The notes: generated by a model from the sequence alone, not told the origin. 64,000 nucleotides of DNA from an uncultured delta proteobacterium (GCA_963822965.1 CAWGJT010000001.1:32001-96000); one strand, 5' to 3'. Positions 47,602-57,083 are shown, counted from the first letter of the stretch. A program made the numbers and translations.

Positions 47602-48626
47602 CTTCCGGCCCGCTCGCGAGCGACGCGCTGCAGCTCGTCCATGATGAAGTCCCTCTCGTCTCGAACCCGGGGATCGACACGCTGCGCGAAGAAGCCGCGG
47701 CCTTCGTGCAGCGCCGAATCGAGGGCCTCGGCGATGCGCCCGGAAGCCAGTCCCGCCTGGAACTCCTCGGGGTGGTAGAGCAGGATGTCGGACACGATGA
47801 TGCGTGCGAGCCGCTCGGCGTTCGCACGCTGCTCCGCCAGGGCGTCGTCTTGCGGCGCGGCCGGCTGCGCGGGCGCGACCGGCTGCGCGGGCGCGGCCGG
47901 CTGCGCGGGGGCCGCCGGCTGAGGCTGCATCGGCTGCGGCGCGGGCGCCTGCGGCGGGGCCGCAGCCGGCGGGGCGGGGGCGGCGGCCTGGCCGGCCAGG
48001 CGATAGCCGAAGCGCTCGAGCACCGGCGCGAGCCCGTCGGGCAGCTCGGGCTTCTCCATGTACGCGTCCGCACCATAGAGCTCGCTGGGCGGGCGGCGGT
48101 ATCGATCCTGGTGATGCACCGAGCCCACCAGGACGACGTGCATCGGGCGCAGACTCTCGTTGCGCTTCACCATCTCGCAGATCTGGAAGCCGTACATCTT
48201 CGGCAGCGCCGCATCCAGGATGGCGGCGCGCGGCAGCATGCGCTGGATGGTCAGCAGCGCTTCCACACCGTCGTGCACCAGGACGGGCTGGAGGCCCCAG
48301 GAGGCCAGCGTGCTCATCACCCGCTTGCCCGTCTCGACGTCGGGATCCGCGACCAGCACCAGGCGATCCCGATCCACGGGCGTGGCAGCGTCCGCGTATC
48401 CGGACGGAGCGACGGGCCGGGTCTGCGGCGGCGCCGGGGCCCGAGCCGGCTCGGGAGCCGGAGCGGTCCGGGGCGCCTGCACCGGGGCGGCCGGCGGAGC
48501 CGCGGCGGGGGCGCGCACGCGGAAGACCGCCTGGCACTTCGCACAGCGAAGACGCGCACCTTCCGGCGACAGACGTTCCGCGTCGACCCGGTACTTCGCC
48601 TGGCACTTCGGACAAGCCGCAATCAT
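47598..48626 (-). CDS. MJ0042-type zinc-ribbon + receiver domain + C-terminal helical domain protein
   Basis: CPKCQAKY...VRCAKC-type ribbon (CPKC...CAKC), Pro/Ala linker, REC (VLVADPD, ILDAALPKMYG, GADAYMEKP), second linker, AERLARIIVSDILLY; AGGAG 7 nt before the ATG. Confidence 0.88.
   Translation of the reverse strand: MIAACPKCQAKYRVDAERLSPEGARLRCAKCQAVFRVRAPAAAPPAAPVQAPRTAPAPEPARAPAPPQTRPVAPSGYADAATPVDRDRLVLVADPDVETGKRVMSTLASWGLQPVLVHDGVEALLTIQRMLPRAAILDAALPKMYGFQICEMVKRNESLRPMHVVLVGSVHHQDRYRRPPSELYGADAYMEKPELPDGLAPVLERFGYRLAGQAAAPAPPAAAPPQAPAPQPMQPQPAAPAQPAAPAQPVAPAQPAAPQDDALAEQRANAERLARIIVSDILLYHPEEFQAGLASGRIAEALDSALHEGRGFFAQRVDPRVRDERDFIMDELQRVARERAGR
47854..47921. repeat. Imperfect 18-bp coding tandem repeat (QPAAPA linker)
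   Basis: ggcgcggccggctgcgcg-like unit about four times, encoding QPAAPAQPAAPAQPVAPAQPAAP. Confidence 0.8.
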
Positions 48627-48680
48627 TGCCACACTCCTTCCTGCGTTCCCTCGAGTCGCCCGCGCCCACGCGACGCCCGC

Positions 48681-51248
48681 TCAGATCTGGAATCGTGCCA
48701 CGTCCTCGCGGAGCGCGTTCGCCTGGCGCGTCAACGACTCGACGGCGGCGCTCATGCCCTGGGCGGCCTGCTCGTTGCCGCGGGTGCGGTCGACCACTTC
48801 CTCGAGAAACTCCGCCACCTGCGAGCACGCGCTCGACTGCTCCTGCAGCGAGGCGTTGATCTGTTCGACGGCGTCGCGCACCCCCTCGACGCTCTCCCGG
48901 ATGCGACCGAAGCCGCGCGCCTGCTCCTCGGTCGTGCGTCGCACCTGCTGGGCCACCTCGCTCATGGTGACCGCCGATCGGTACACCGTCTCGTTGCCGC
49001 GATCCTGCTCCGCTCCCGCGGACGCGATCTGCTCGACGCCGGTGCGCACGCGCTCCATCAGATCGACCACGTGGCCCGCCGCCTTCGTCTGCTCCTGCAC
49101 GGCGAGCACGATCTCCCCGATGTGACGACCGCTCTCGCGCGCCTTCTTCGTGATTCCCTCCAGGGAGACGCCGGCCGCCGCCGAGAGCTCGACGCCGCTC
49201 GCGACGCTGCGGGATCCCTCCTCGATGGCGCCCACGGCGTTGGTGCTCTCGCTTTGCACGGATCGGATCAGCGATCCGATCTCCTTGGTGCTCGCGAGGA
49301 CACGATCCGCCAGCTCCTTGATCTCCTCGGCGACGACGCCGAAGGCGCGGCCGTGCTCTCCCGCCTGGGCCGCGATGATCGCTGCGTTCAGCGCCAACAG
49401 ATTCGTCTCGTCGGCGACGTCGTCGATCACGTCGAGGATCGCCCCGATCTCCTTCGTCGAGTCTCCGAGGCCGCGGATCACGCTCTCCGCCGTGTCGGTG
49501 GCGTCGCGAATCGCCTGCATGCCGCCGATGGTCTGGCTCACCTTGCCCTGTCCGCTCTCGGCGCTGTCCACCACCTCGCGGGACAACGCCGCAGTCATCT
49601 CGGCGGTGTTGTCGACGGCGCGCATGGCGCTCGCCATCTCCTCCATGCTCGACGAGGTCTCACTCGCCGCTTCGCCCAGGCCGTCGCCGATGGAGCGCAC
49701 CTGCTTCACGCTGCGGACCATCTCCTCGATCGACGTCGACACCTCGTCGACCTTGCCGGAGAGTACCGAGGCCGTGTCGTTGAGCTCCTCCCCCGCGGCG
49801 CCCAGCTCGAGGATCGAGCTGCTCGACTCCTCGACCGAGACGTTGAGGGCCCGGGCGGAGGCCGCCACCTCGGCAACCTGGCCGTTGATGTTCACCATCA
49901 GCTGCATCGCCTGCTCGATGCGGCCCCCCTGCTCGCTGCTCGCTGCTGCCACGCTCTGGGCGACCTGCGTGATCTCGCCCGCCGCCGCATCGACCCGATC
50001 CGCGGCTTCGGCCACCCGTCCCACCGTGGCCCGCAGGGCGCTGCCCATCCGCTCGAAGGAGCGTCCGAGCTCGCCGAGCTCGTCCTCCGACTCGAAGACG
50101 AGGCCGCGCCGGAGGTCGCCCCGAGCCATGCGCTCGGCAGCCGCGGAGAGCACGTTGGTGGCGCGCTGCAGATCGCTCCACAGGAGCCAGCCGACCCACA
50201 CGGCGATCGCGGCGCACACCACCAGCACCACCGCGAGCAGGATGCGCAGCGACTCGAAGCCCGGCCGCAGGACGTCCTTGGGAATCGAGCTCACGAGCAG
50301 CCGATCGCCGCCCACGTCCTGCCAGCGGACCAGCGTCGCACCGTGGTCCTGCACACCCGAGGTGACGCCGGCGGCGAGCTGGGCCGAGACCTCGTGGGCA
50401 TCGACCCCGGGCATCTCGAGGAAGGCACGGGGGTCGCGAACGACGAACTCCGCGGGGAAGGGCATCAGCTGCTCGGCCCCCAGCGTCTGGCGCAGCAGCA
50501 TGCGATCGAGGGAGGCGTCCTCCTCGCCGAGCGCTTCGGCCAGGGTATCCACCGCCTGCATCTGCCAGCGCGACGCGTAGTCGTCCAGGGCGGCCCCCGC
50601 GCGCGAGTACGAGAGAGCCATGGCGAAGACCAGGGACGTCACGACCGTCCCGGCCACGGCGAGCTGCAGCTTGCGCGCCAGCGACACGGGACGTACCAGG
50701 GAGCGACGCTCTTCCGGGTCCGGCAGCCGGACCGCAATCGCTTCCCGCACCGTGGTCAGCTCGCGCTTGGAGAGGAAGAAGCACGAGATCGCGGAGACCA
50801 CGGCGCCCGAAGTGGCGGCCGCCACGATCACGAAGAGCTGGAAGCCGGCGCCCCAGCTCCCGTGGCCGAGGGCCACCATGCCGCCGGGGATCACCACGGC
50901 GGCACAGAGCCAGATGGCCCCCACCAGACGCTGCATCACGGAGGGAAGCGCGATCACCCCGGCGAAGGCGAGCCGCAGGTCCTGGGGCGCGAGCGTGCCG
51001 TCGTGCTCACCGTCGAGGAAGCGCATCACCGGCTTCTGGGCACGTCGGCGCACGGGCTCGAGGCCGACGCCGGCGAGCACCGCGAAGAGGGCCGTCACGC
51101 CCGCGAAGGCCTGCCACTCGGCGCTGGACACGTCGAGCAGCGCCAGCAGGTAGAGCACGATCAATACCATCGTGCCGATCGGCAGACAGGCGTCCAGCAG
51201 CGCGAGACGGATGCGGAGCTGCCGGGCGGTGGGAAGGGACGCGCTCAT
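48681..51248 (-). CDS. Methyl-accepting chemotaxis protein, multi-TM sensor, HAMP, very long signalling domain
   Basis: About six TMs, HAMP (ARGDLR...SEDELGELGRSFERM), tip ETNLLALNAAIIAAQAGEHGRAFGVVAEEIKELA; colinear with 39586-42147. Confidence 0.95.
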   Translation of the reverse strand: MSASLPTARQLRIRLALLDACLPIGTMVLIVLYLLALLDVSSAEWQAFAGVTALFAVLAGVGLEPVRRRAQKPVMRFLDGEHDGTLAPQDLRLAFAGVIALPSVMQRLVGAIWLCAAVVIPGGMVALGHGSWGAGFQLFVIVAAATSGAVVSAISCFFLSKRELTTVREAIAVRLPDPEERRSLVRPVSLARKLQLAVAGTVVTSLVFAMALSYSRAGAALDDYASRWQMQAVDTLAEALGEEDASLDRMLLRQTLGAEQLMPFPAEFVVRDPRAFLEMPGVDAHEVSAQLAAGVTSGVQDHGATLVRWQDVGGDRLLVSSIPKDVLRPGFESLRILLAVVLVVCAAIAVWVGWLLWSDLQRATNVLSAAAERMARGDLRRGLVFESEDELGELGRSFERMGSALRATVGRVAEAADRVDAAAGEITQVAQSVAAASSEQGGRIEQAMQLMVNINGQVAEVAASARALNVSVEESSSSILELGAAGEELNDTASVLSGKVDEVSTSIEEMVRSVKQVRSIGDGLGEAASETSSSMEEMASAMRAVDNTAEMTAALSREVVDSAESGQGKVSQTIGGMQAIRDATDTAESVIRGLGDSTKEIGAILDVIDDVADETNLLALNAAIIAAQAGEHGRAFGVVAEEIKELADRVLASTKEIGSLIRSVQSESTNAVGAIEEGSRSVASGVELSAAAGVSLEGITKKARESGRHIGEIVLAVQEQTKAAGHVVDLMERVRTGVEQIASAGAEQDRGNETVYRSAVTMSEVAQQVRRTTEEQARGFGRIRESVEGVRDAVEQINASLQEQSSACSQVAEFLEEVVDRTRGNEQAAQGMSAAVESLTRQANALREDVARFQI

Positions 51249-51766
51249 GACGGGCTCCCCTGGCTTGGAAGTTCGGAGCGATAGACGCTCTCGAGGATGT
51301 GTTCGACCGAAAGCACCAGAACCGGCCGCGCCTGGGGCCGGCGAACGACCGCGCGCACGGCTTCGTAGCCCGCCTGGGTGGCGAGATTGGGGGGATCCTC
51401 GAGCCCGACGGCGTCGAGGGAGAGGACGTCCTCGGCCTGCTCGACCAGCAGCCCGAAGACCAGCTCGTCCACGTCGAGCACGGCGATCCGCGCCTTGCCG
51501 CCGATCTCGCACGGCTCGCCTCCGAGCGCGCGAGAGAGATCGATCACGGGCACGACGCCGTCGCGCAGCTCGACCACGCCCTCGATCAGCGCGGGGGACA
51601 TGGGCAACGGCGTAATTTCCTGGGTGCGCACGATCTCGCGGACGTGCGCCACGTCGATGGCGTACACGCGCCCCTTCACCTCGAAGCAGGCGAGGTTGAC
51701 GAGGTTCGCTCCCGAGACCCCCACGGTCCCGGCCGAGCCGGTGGATTCGCGGTCAGACGTCTGCAC
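51245..51766 (-). CDS. cheW: Chemotaxis adaptor CheW
   Basis: FEVKGRVYAIDVAHVREIV, IEGVVELRDGVVPVIDL, FGLLVE. Confidence 0.93.
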   Translation of the reverse strand: MQTSDRESTGSAGTVGVSGANLVNLACFEVKGRVYAIDVAHVREIVRTQEITPLPMSPALIEGVVELRDGVVPVIDLSRALGGEPCEIGGKARIAVLDVDELVFGLLVEQAEDVLSLDAVGLEDPPNLATQAGYEAVRAVVRRPQARPVLVLSVEHILESVYRSELPSQGSPS

Positions 51767-52280
51767 GAAGCTCCAATACCCGGTCGAGGTCGAGGATCGA
51801 GACGAATTCCTGCTCGGACAGGAAGAGCTCCGACACGGCGTCTCCCTCCCCTCCCGTCGCGGGCCGGAGATCGTCCTCCGGCACGCGTACGACTTCCCGC
51901 ACGGCGTCGACGAGGACCCCCGTCACCCGGTCGTCGTCGCCGTGCAGCACGATGATCCGCGTGCGCCGCCCGATCTCCGGGGTCGTCAGCCCGAGACACA
52001 TGCGGAGGTCCACCACCTGGACGACCTCGCCGCGCAGCGCGATCACGCCACGCACCTGCGCGGGCACCCGGGGAACCGGCGTCATGGGGCGCATCCGCAC
52101 GATCTCGCGAACCCGCTCCACCGGAATCGCATAGGGCGAGTCCCCCAGCAGGAAGACGAGCAGCTCCAGCAGGACGACCGGCGCCTCGGCGTCCCGTCCG
52201 CCCGAAGCCGACCGCGCCAGGGCTTCCCAGCTCTCGCGCCCGGCGGTCCCGGTGCCGTTCGAGGTCTCGGGCTCGCTCAT
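51753..52280 (-). CDS. cheW: Chemotaxis adaptor CheW
   Basis: FLLGDSPYAIPVERVREIV, TPVPRVP..VRGVIALRGEVVQVVDL, GVLVDAVREV, ILDLDRVL. Confidence 0.95.
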   Translation of the reverse strand: MSEPETSNGTGTAGRESWEALARSASGGRDAEAPVVLLELLVFLLGDSPYAIPVERVREIVRMRPMTPVPRVPAQVRGVIALRGEVVQVVDLRMCLGLTTPEIGRRTRIIVLHGDDDRVTGVLVDAVREVVRVPEDDLRPATGGEGDAVSELFLSEQEFVSILDLDRVLELRADV

Positions 52281-54352
52281 GCGTCCCTCCGCCGGACCGC
52301 ATCGTCGACGATCGAGGCGACGTCGATCACGAGGATGGCCCCGCCCTCGCCCTGCTCCGTCGCCCCGGCGATGCCGCGCACCTGCTGGATCGGCCCCTTG
52401 ATCGGCTTGATGACCGTGTCCTGCTGGCCCTCGAGGGTGTCGACCAGCAGGCCCATGCGGCGGTCGCCCAGGCCGAGCACCACCACGAAGCTCTTGGCGT
52501 CCTCGCTCGCTCCCGCCAGCTCGAACTCGTCGGCCAGGCGTCGCAGCGGCAGGGCCTCTCCGCGCAGGTTGAGCAGCTCGCGGTTCTCGCTTCGCTGGAT
52601 CGCGTCCACGTCGACGTTGAGGGTCTCGAGGACCGAGTTGAGGGGAATCGCGAAGCGCTGGTCCGCCACCCCCACGATCAGGGCCTGGATGATGGCCAGG
52701 GTGATGGGCAGGGTCATCGTCACGCAGGTCCCGCGCGAGAGGTCCGTGGACAGCTCCACCATGCCGCCCAACGCGCCCAGGTTGGTGCGCACCACGTCCA
52801 TGCCCACCCCGCGACCGCTCGTCTCCGTCACGGCCTCCCGGGTGGAGAAGCCGGGCTCGAACACCAGCTCCAGAACCTCCTTGTCGCTCAGGGCGGCGTC
52901 CGGCTGGATGAGTCCCCGGGATTCCGCGATTGCGCGCACCTTGGCGACGTCGATCCCGCGCCCGTCGTCGCGCACCTCGATGAGCACGTGATTGCCGCGC
53001 TGGTGGGCGCTGATGAAGATCCGACCGTGCCCCGGCTTGCCCGCCGCGCGCCGCTCGGCCTCCGACTCGATGGCATGGTCGAAGGCGTTGCGGACCACGT
53101 GCATCAACGGGTCCACCAGCTGCTCGACGATCAGCTTGTCCAGCTCGGTGTCGGCGCCGCTGAACTCGAGCGTCACCTCCTTGCCGAGCTCGCGCCGCAG
53201 GCGCCGCACCACGCGCGAGAGCTTCTCGAAGACCTGCCGCAGCGGCACCATGCGCACGTCGAGCACGCCCGTCTGCAGCTCCTTCAGCTTGCGCTCGAAG
53301 AGCTTGTGGACGCGTCCCAGCTCCTCGCCCAGGCGCGAGGTCGCGACGTCTCGCGCGAGGCGGTTGGCGATGTGCTCGAGCTGCGTGCGATGGATCGCCA
53401 GCTCGCCGACCAGGTTCATCAGCTCGTCGAGCTTGCGGATGTCGACGCGAACGGTGTCGCTGATCGAGCGAAGCGAGTCGAAGCCCGCCGTCTCCGGCGC
53501 CGCAGGGACCTCGTCGGCCACCTCCGGCTCCTGCTGGAGGATCGGGGCGGCCAGCTCCACCGGCGCGTCGGGGTCGGGCCCCGCCACCCGGCGAATGCTC
53601 GTGTCGGAGAAGTCGAGGCGGTTCGAGATCTCGTCGAGGGACAACCCCGAGGCGACGAGCAGCGAGAAGCGGATCTGCGACTCCGGCGCCTCACCCGGGG
53701 AAGGCAGCGTCGAGACCAGCTCGCCGGCCTCCTTGATGGCGCCCGACAGCTCCGCGAGCCCCTCCTCGAAGGACAGGATCTCGAAGCTCGTATCGACGAG
53801 GAACAGCTGTCGACCCCGGCGCAGGTTCTCGCGCAGGCGGTGCTCCTCGTACTCGGTGAGGGCACGCAGCAGCGAGGGGTCCAGGTCGAGCCCCACCAGC
53901 TCGTCCGCCGGCGCGGGCGCCTGGTGGACGGCCTCGTCGATGCGACGGATCAGGTCCTCGATGGGGCCGGTGCTGGCGGCGTCGAAGTCGTCGGACCCGA
54001 CCCGGTCGAGCATCGAGGCGAAGAGCGCAACCGCTTCCTCGAGCAGGGACACGGCGGGCGACTCGGGGGCGATGCGGCCGAGCCGCAGCCCGTCCAACAC
54101 GTCCTCGAGGTGATGGGCGAGGTTCGAGAGGCCCTCCAGGCCGAACATGCCCGACAGGCCCTTGAGCGAGTGCGCCGCGCGAAAGATGCCGTTGATGAGA
54201 TCGGGATCGATCTCGCCGTCCTGCTCGAGCCGTCCCCGCTGATCCATGAGATCGGCGAGCCCCTCGCGCATGCCCTCGATCGTCTCCTCGGCTTCCGAGA
54301 CGAACTCGCGCTGCGCCTTGCTCTTCTTCGTCTTGCTGCGTCGTGCGGCCAC
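52277..54352 (-). CDS. cheA: Chemotaxis histidine kinase CheA (P1-P2-P3-P4-P5, no receiver)
   Basis: HPt IFRAAHSLKG, TVRVDIRKLDELMNLVGEL, RMVP, DPLMHVVRNAFDH, DDGRGID, FEPGFST, SGRGVGMDVV, LPITLAI, P5 with VIKP..GIAGAT. Confidence 0.98.
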   Translation of the reverse strand: MAARRSKTKKSKAQREFVSEAEETIEGMREGLADLMDQRGRLEQDGEIDPDLINGIFRAAHSLKGLSGMFGLEGLSNLAHHLEDVLDGLRLGRIAPESPAVSLLEEAVALFASMLDRVGSDDFDAASTGPIEDLIRRIDEAVHQAPAPADELVGLDLDPSLLRALTEYEEHRLRENLRRGRQLFLVDTSFEILSFEEGLAELSGAIKEAGELVSTLPSPGEAPESQIRFSLLVASGLSLDEISNRLDFSDTSIRRVAGPDPDAPVELAAPILQQEPEVADEVPAAPETAGFDSLRSISDTVRVDIRKLDELMNLVGELAIHRTQLEHIANRLARDVATSRLGEELGRVHKLFERKLKELQTGVLDVRMVPLRQVFEKLSRVVRRLRRELGKEVTLEFSGADTELDKLIVEQLVDPLMHVVRNAFDHAIESEAERRAAGKPGHGRIFISAHQRGNHVLIEVRDDGRGIDVAKVRAIAESRGLIQPDAALSDKEVLELVFEPGFSTREAVTETSGRGVGMDVVRTNLGALGGMVELSTDLSRGTCVTMTLPITLAIIQALIVGVADQRFAIPLNSVLETLNVDVDAIQRSENRELLNLRGEALPLRRLADEFELAGASEDAKSFVVVLGLGDRRMGLLVDTLEGQQDTVIKPIKGPIQQVRGIAGATEQGEGGAILVIDVASIVDDAVRRRDA

Positions 54353-54364
54353 GACTTCGGGCTC

Positions 54365-54742
54365 CTAGCGGGACCGGGCGAGCAGGCCGGTGACGACCTC
54401 TCGCAACGCGCCCGGATCGAAGGGCTTGACGAGATACGCGTCGGCGCCGAGCTCGAGCCCCTTGTCTCGATCACGATCGGAGCCCTCGGTGGACACGATC
54501 ACCACGGGCATCGACCGGAAGCGTTCGTTGTTGCGAACGAAGGACAGCAGCTCAAGGCCGTTGATGTCCGGCATGTTGATGTCGGTCACCACCAGGTCGA
54601 AGTCCTCGCGCGGCAGAACGCGAAGCGCCTCGAAGCCGCTCGCCGCCTCGGAGATCTTGACCGGCACGTCGAGCTCCTCGAGGGACGACGCGAGGAGCGA
54701 TCGCATCGTCTCGGAATCTTCCACGATGAGAATTCGCTGCAC
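54365..54742 (-). CDS. cheY: CheY-like single-domain response regulator
   Basis: ILIVEDSETMR, VVTDINMPDING, IVSTEG, GADAYLVKPF; GTG start with GGGGAG upstream. Confidence 0.93.
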   Translation of the reverse strand: MQRILIVEDSETMRSLLASSLEELDVPVKISEAASGFEALRVLPREDFDLVVTDINMPDINGLELLSFVRNNERFRSMPVVIVSTEGSDRDRDKGLELGADAYLVKPFDPGALREVVTGLLARSR

Positions 54743-54785
54743 TGGTCTCCCCTGCGCGAGATTCGCGCTGTTCGAATCGCAGGAC

Positions 54786-54812
54786 GTATCGGTCGCCGGG
54801 GGCGATTCTTGA
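54786..54812 (-). promoter_or_regulatory. Putative sigma28 (FliA/WhiG)-type promoter of the che operon
   Basis: Minus strand TCAA-N15-ACCGATAC (TCAAG at -35), ~44 nt before the cheY start. Confidence 0.6.
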
Positions 54813-54965
54813 GGCGAGGGAAGGACTTTGACCCCACCGGCGCGCCCCTTCTTCACCCGGGGGCGGGGGCCCGAGAGACGCCCGGGAGGGGGGGCACGAA
54901 CGGCTCGGGGAGTCTCCGGATGCGGCTCGAGGCGGCGCGCGCGGCCTTCGACCGACGCGGGCGCC

Positions 54966-56900
54966 TCAGGCGGGGTCCGCCTCGGCCTGGGCCAGCGCGC
55001 GCTCGAGCATGGCCCGCTCGAGCGCCAGACCGGCGTGCTGCAGGACGACCTCGAGGGCCTCGGTATCACCCAGGGGCGTGTGGTCGGGCAGGTTGTCGGC
55101 GTAGAGCAGCGCCACGACCTGGCCCCCGCTCTCGATGGGGGCCAGGTAGATCTCCCGGGCGGCCGCGTTGCCCAGCAGCGCAGACAGCGTGTAGTCCCCC
55201 CCGTCCGTGGGGCCGCCGCGCACGGGACGACGCGTTTCGAGCACGGTGCGGACCCAGGACGAGCTGCGACCGCTCAGCTCCACCTGACGCAGGCCGGAAT
55301 CGTCGGGCCCGCCGGCGCGCGTGAGGCCCTGCTGCGCCATGCCGGCGACCGTGTCTCCCCGCACCATGAACATCGCGACCCGGTTGAAGATCTCGGAGGC
55401 GAACTGGATCGCGAGCGGCAGCACTTCGCCGCGGTTCGAGGCGTCGGCCAGCGCCTGGGTCGCGTGCTTGAGGCGCCGCAGCGATTCGGGAGAGCCCGTC
55501 GGACGCGGGCCGGGCGCCGGCGCGCTGGACTCCACCTCCCGGGCCAGCACGGCAGCCAGCTCCTGCCGCAGTCCCGCGGCCAGCTGCTGCACGTGGGCGG
55601 CCCAGCGGGGGCTCCGCAGCTGCTGGGAGCTCGGTCGGGTCAGCACGCCGTCCGCGGCCGCCAGGTCCGTCGGACGCGGCCCTTCGTCCTCGCACAGCCA
55701 CAGGATGGGGAGCCGCGGCTGCTGGGCCTTGAGGCGGGAGACGAAATCCTGGCCGTTGCGGATGCCGCTCAGGGGATCGCCCGCGGCGTCGGGACGCAGC
55801 AGCACCACCGGCCGCGTGGCGCGCGCGAGGTACTGGCGGATGGGATTCAGCCCGAGGTCCCAGCGCTGGAAGATGTGGATCCGCGGGAAGGCGTCCTTGA
55901 GGGTCTGCTTCATCCACTCGAGGGCCGCGAGATCCGGATCGATCACCACCAGCGGCGCGTTGGGAAGAGAGGGCGCCACCGCTTGCGCGGGTGCGGTCGC
56001 CGCCTCGGGAGCGTTCGCCTGGGCGGGAACGGCCGCCGGCGGCGCGGTGATCTCGTCCGACGACTCCACGGGCAGGGCGGTGGCGAAGGGCTCGGCGTCC
56101 ACGGGCTCGCCGATCGCGTACGGCTCGTCGTCCGAAGCGATCTCCGTCTCTGCCGTCTCGAGCTCCTCCTCGGGCACGTCGCCGAGCCGCTCGGCGACCG
56201 CCAGGCCCAGCGCTTCGACCCCCGAGAGCGGCTCGCCGTCCACCAGGGTGTCTTCGTCGGGATCGTGCTCAACCGGCCGCGGATCGCCGAAGCCCGGCCC
56301 GCTCGCCAGGGCGTCCCCGACGTCGACGCCGAACATCTCGGCTGCGGACATCTCGGGCGCCTCGCCCGGCAGCTCACCCCCGGCCTCCCCGCGCCACTCC
56401 GCCTGGGTGTGCGCGGACTCGTCCTCGATGCGCGACCCCTCCATGGCGAGGTACTGGGCGTTGATGCCCATGGGCAGGAAGAGCGGCGGATCGTGCGCGT
56501 CCGTTTCGCTGCGGACGTCGAAGCTGAACTCGCCCGATCGCCACGCGAACATCGACATCACGGCCGCTTCGACACACTCGCGCCGCAGGGAGTCGATGCG
56601 CTCGGCGGTCATCGACGTGTGGGCGGAGAGCGCCTCCTCGACGGTGGTGCCCTCGCGGCGCGCACGCTCGCACGCTGCATCGAACTCCTCCGCGGCGAGG
56701 AAGCGCCCGTCGACCAGCACACCGCGCAGATCCACCGGCCCGCCCTTGAGGAAGGCGCCGCGGACGAGCCCGTCCCGCAGGACGATGCTTCCCTCGCCGT
56801 CCTCGCCGCGAATCGTCAGCACCCCCGATTTCTGCGAGAGGCTGATGATCTGCAGGATGTCCCCGAGTCCCAGGTCCTCGAGGCTGCCGATGAGACTCAT
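54966..56900 (-). CDS. DUF4388 domain protein with acidic linker, degenerate receiver-like region and C-terminal GAF-like domain
   Basis: MSLIGSLEDLGLGDILQIISLSQKSGVL, FAWRSGEFSF, INAQYLAMEG; acidic/Pro linker; LVVIDPD receiver-like start; C-terminal IYLAPI..GQVVALLYADN..LEVVLQHAGLALER. Confidence 0.85.
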   Translation of the reverse strand: MSLIGSLEDLGLGDILQIISLSQKSGVLTIRGEDGEGSIVLRDGLVRGAFLKGGPVDLRGVLVDGRFLAAEEFDAACERARREGTTVEEALSAHTSMTAERIDSLRRECVEAAVMSMFAWRSGEFSFDVRSETDAHDPPLFLPMGINAQYLAMEGSRIEDESAHTQAEWRGEAGGELPGEAPEMSAAEMFGVDVGDALASGPGFGDPRPVEHDPDEDTLVDGEPLSGVEALGLAVAERLGDVPEEELETAETEIASDDEPYAIGEPVDAEPFATALPVESSDEITAPPAAVPAQANAPEAATAPAQAVAPSLPNAPLVVIDPDLAALEWMKQTLKDAFPRIHIFQRWDLGLNPIRQYLARATRPVVLLRPDAAGDPLSGIRNGQDFVSRLKAQQPRLPILWLCEDEGPRPTDLAAADGVLTRPSSQQLRSPRWAAHVQQLAAGLRQELAAVLAREVESSAPAPGPRPTGSPESLRRLKHATQALADASNRGEVLPLAIQFASEIFNRVAMFMVRGDTVAGMAQQGLTRAGGPDDSGLRQVELSGRSSSWVRTVLETRRPVRGGPTDGGDYTLSALLGNAAAREIYLAPIESGGQVVALLYADNLPDHTPLGDTEALEVVLQHAGLALERAMLERALAQAEADPA

Positions 56901-57013
56901 TCCACTCCCTGCCGGATGGACGCCCTGCCCGGCGGTCTCCCCACGAGACCACGACCCGAAACGCGGACGCGAGCCGGGCGCTGCATCCGGCGGAAACGCC
57001 GCGCACACGAACA

Positions 57014-57041
57014 GAATCGGGCCGAAGGTGGAGCGACTTGA
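57014..57041 (-). promoter_or_regulatory. Weaker sigma28-like motif upstream of the DUF4388-GAF gene
   Basis: Minus strand TCAA-N16-CCCGATTC (TCAAGT at -35); spacer 1 nt longer than consensus. Confidence 0.35.
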
Positions 57042-57083
57042 ACCCGAGATGCACGGGAAGGACCGGGCGGCCCGGTTCCGGGG

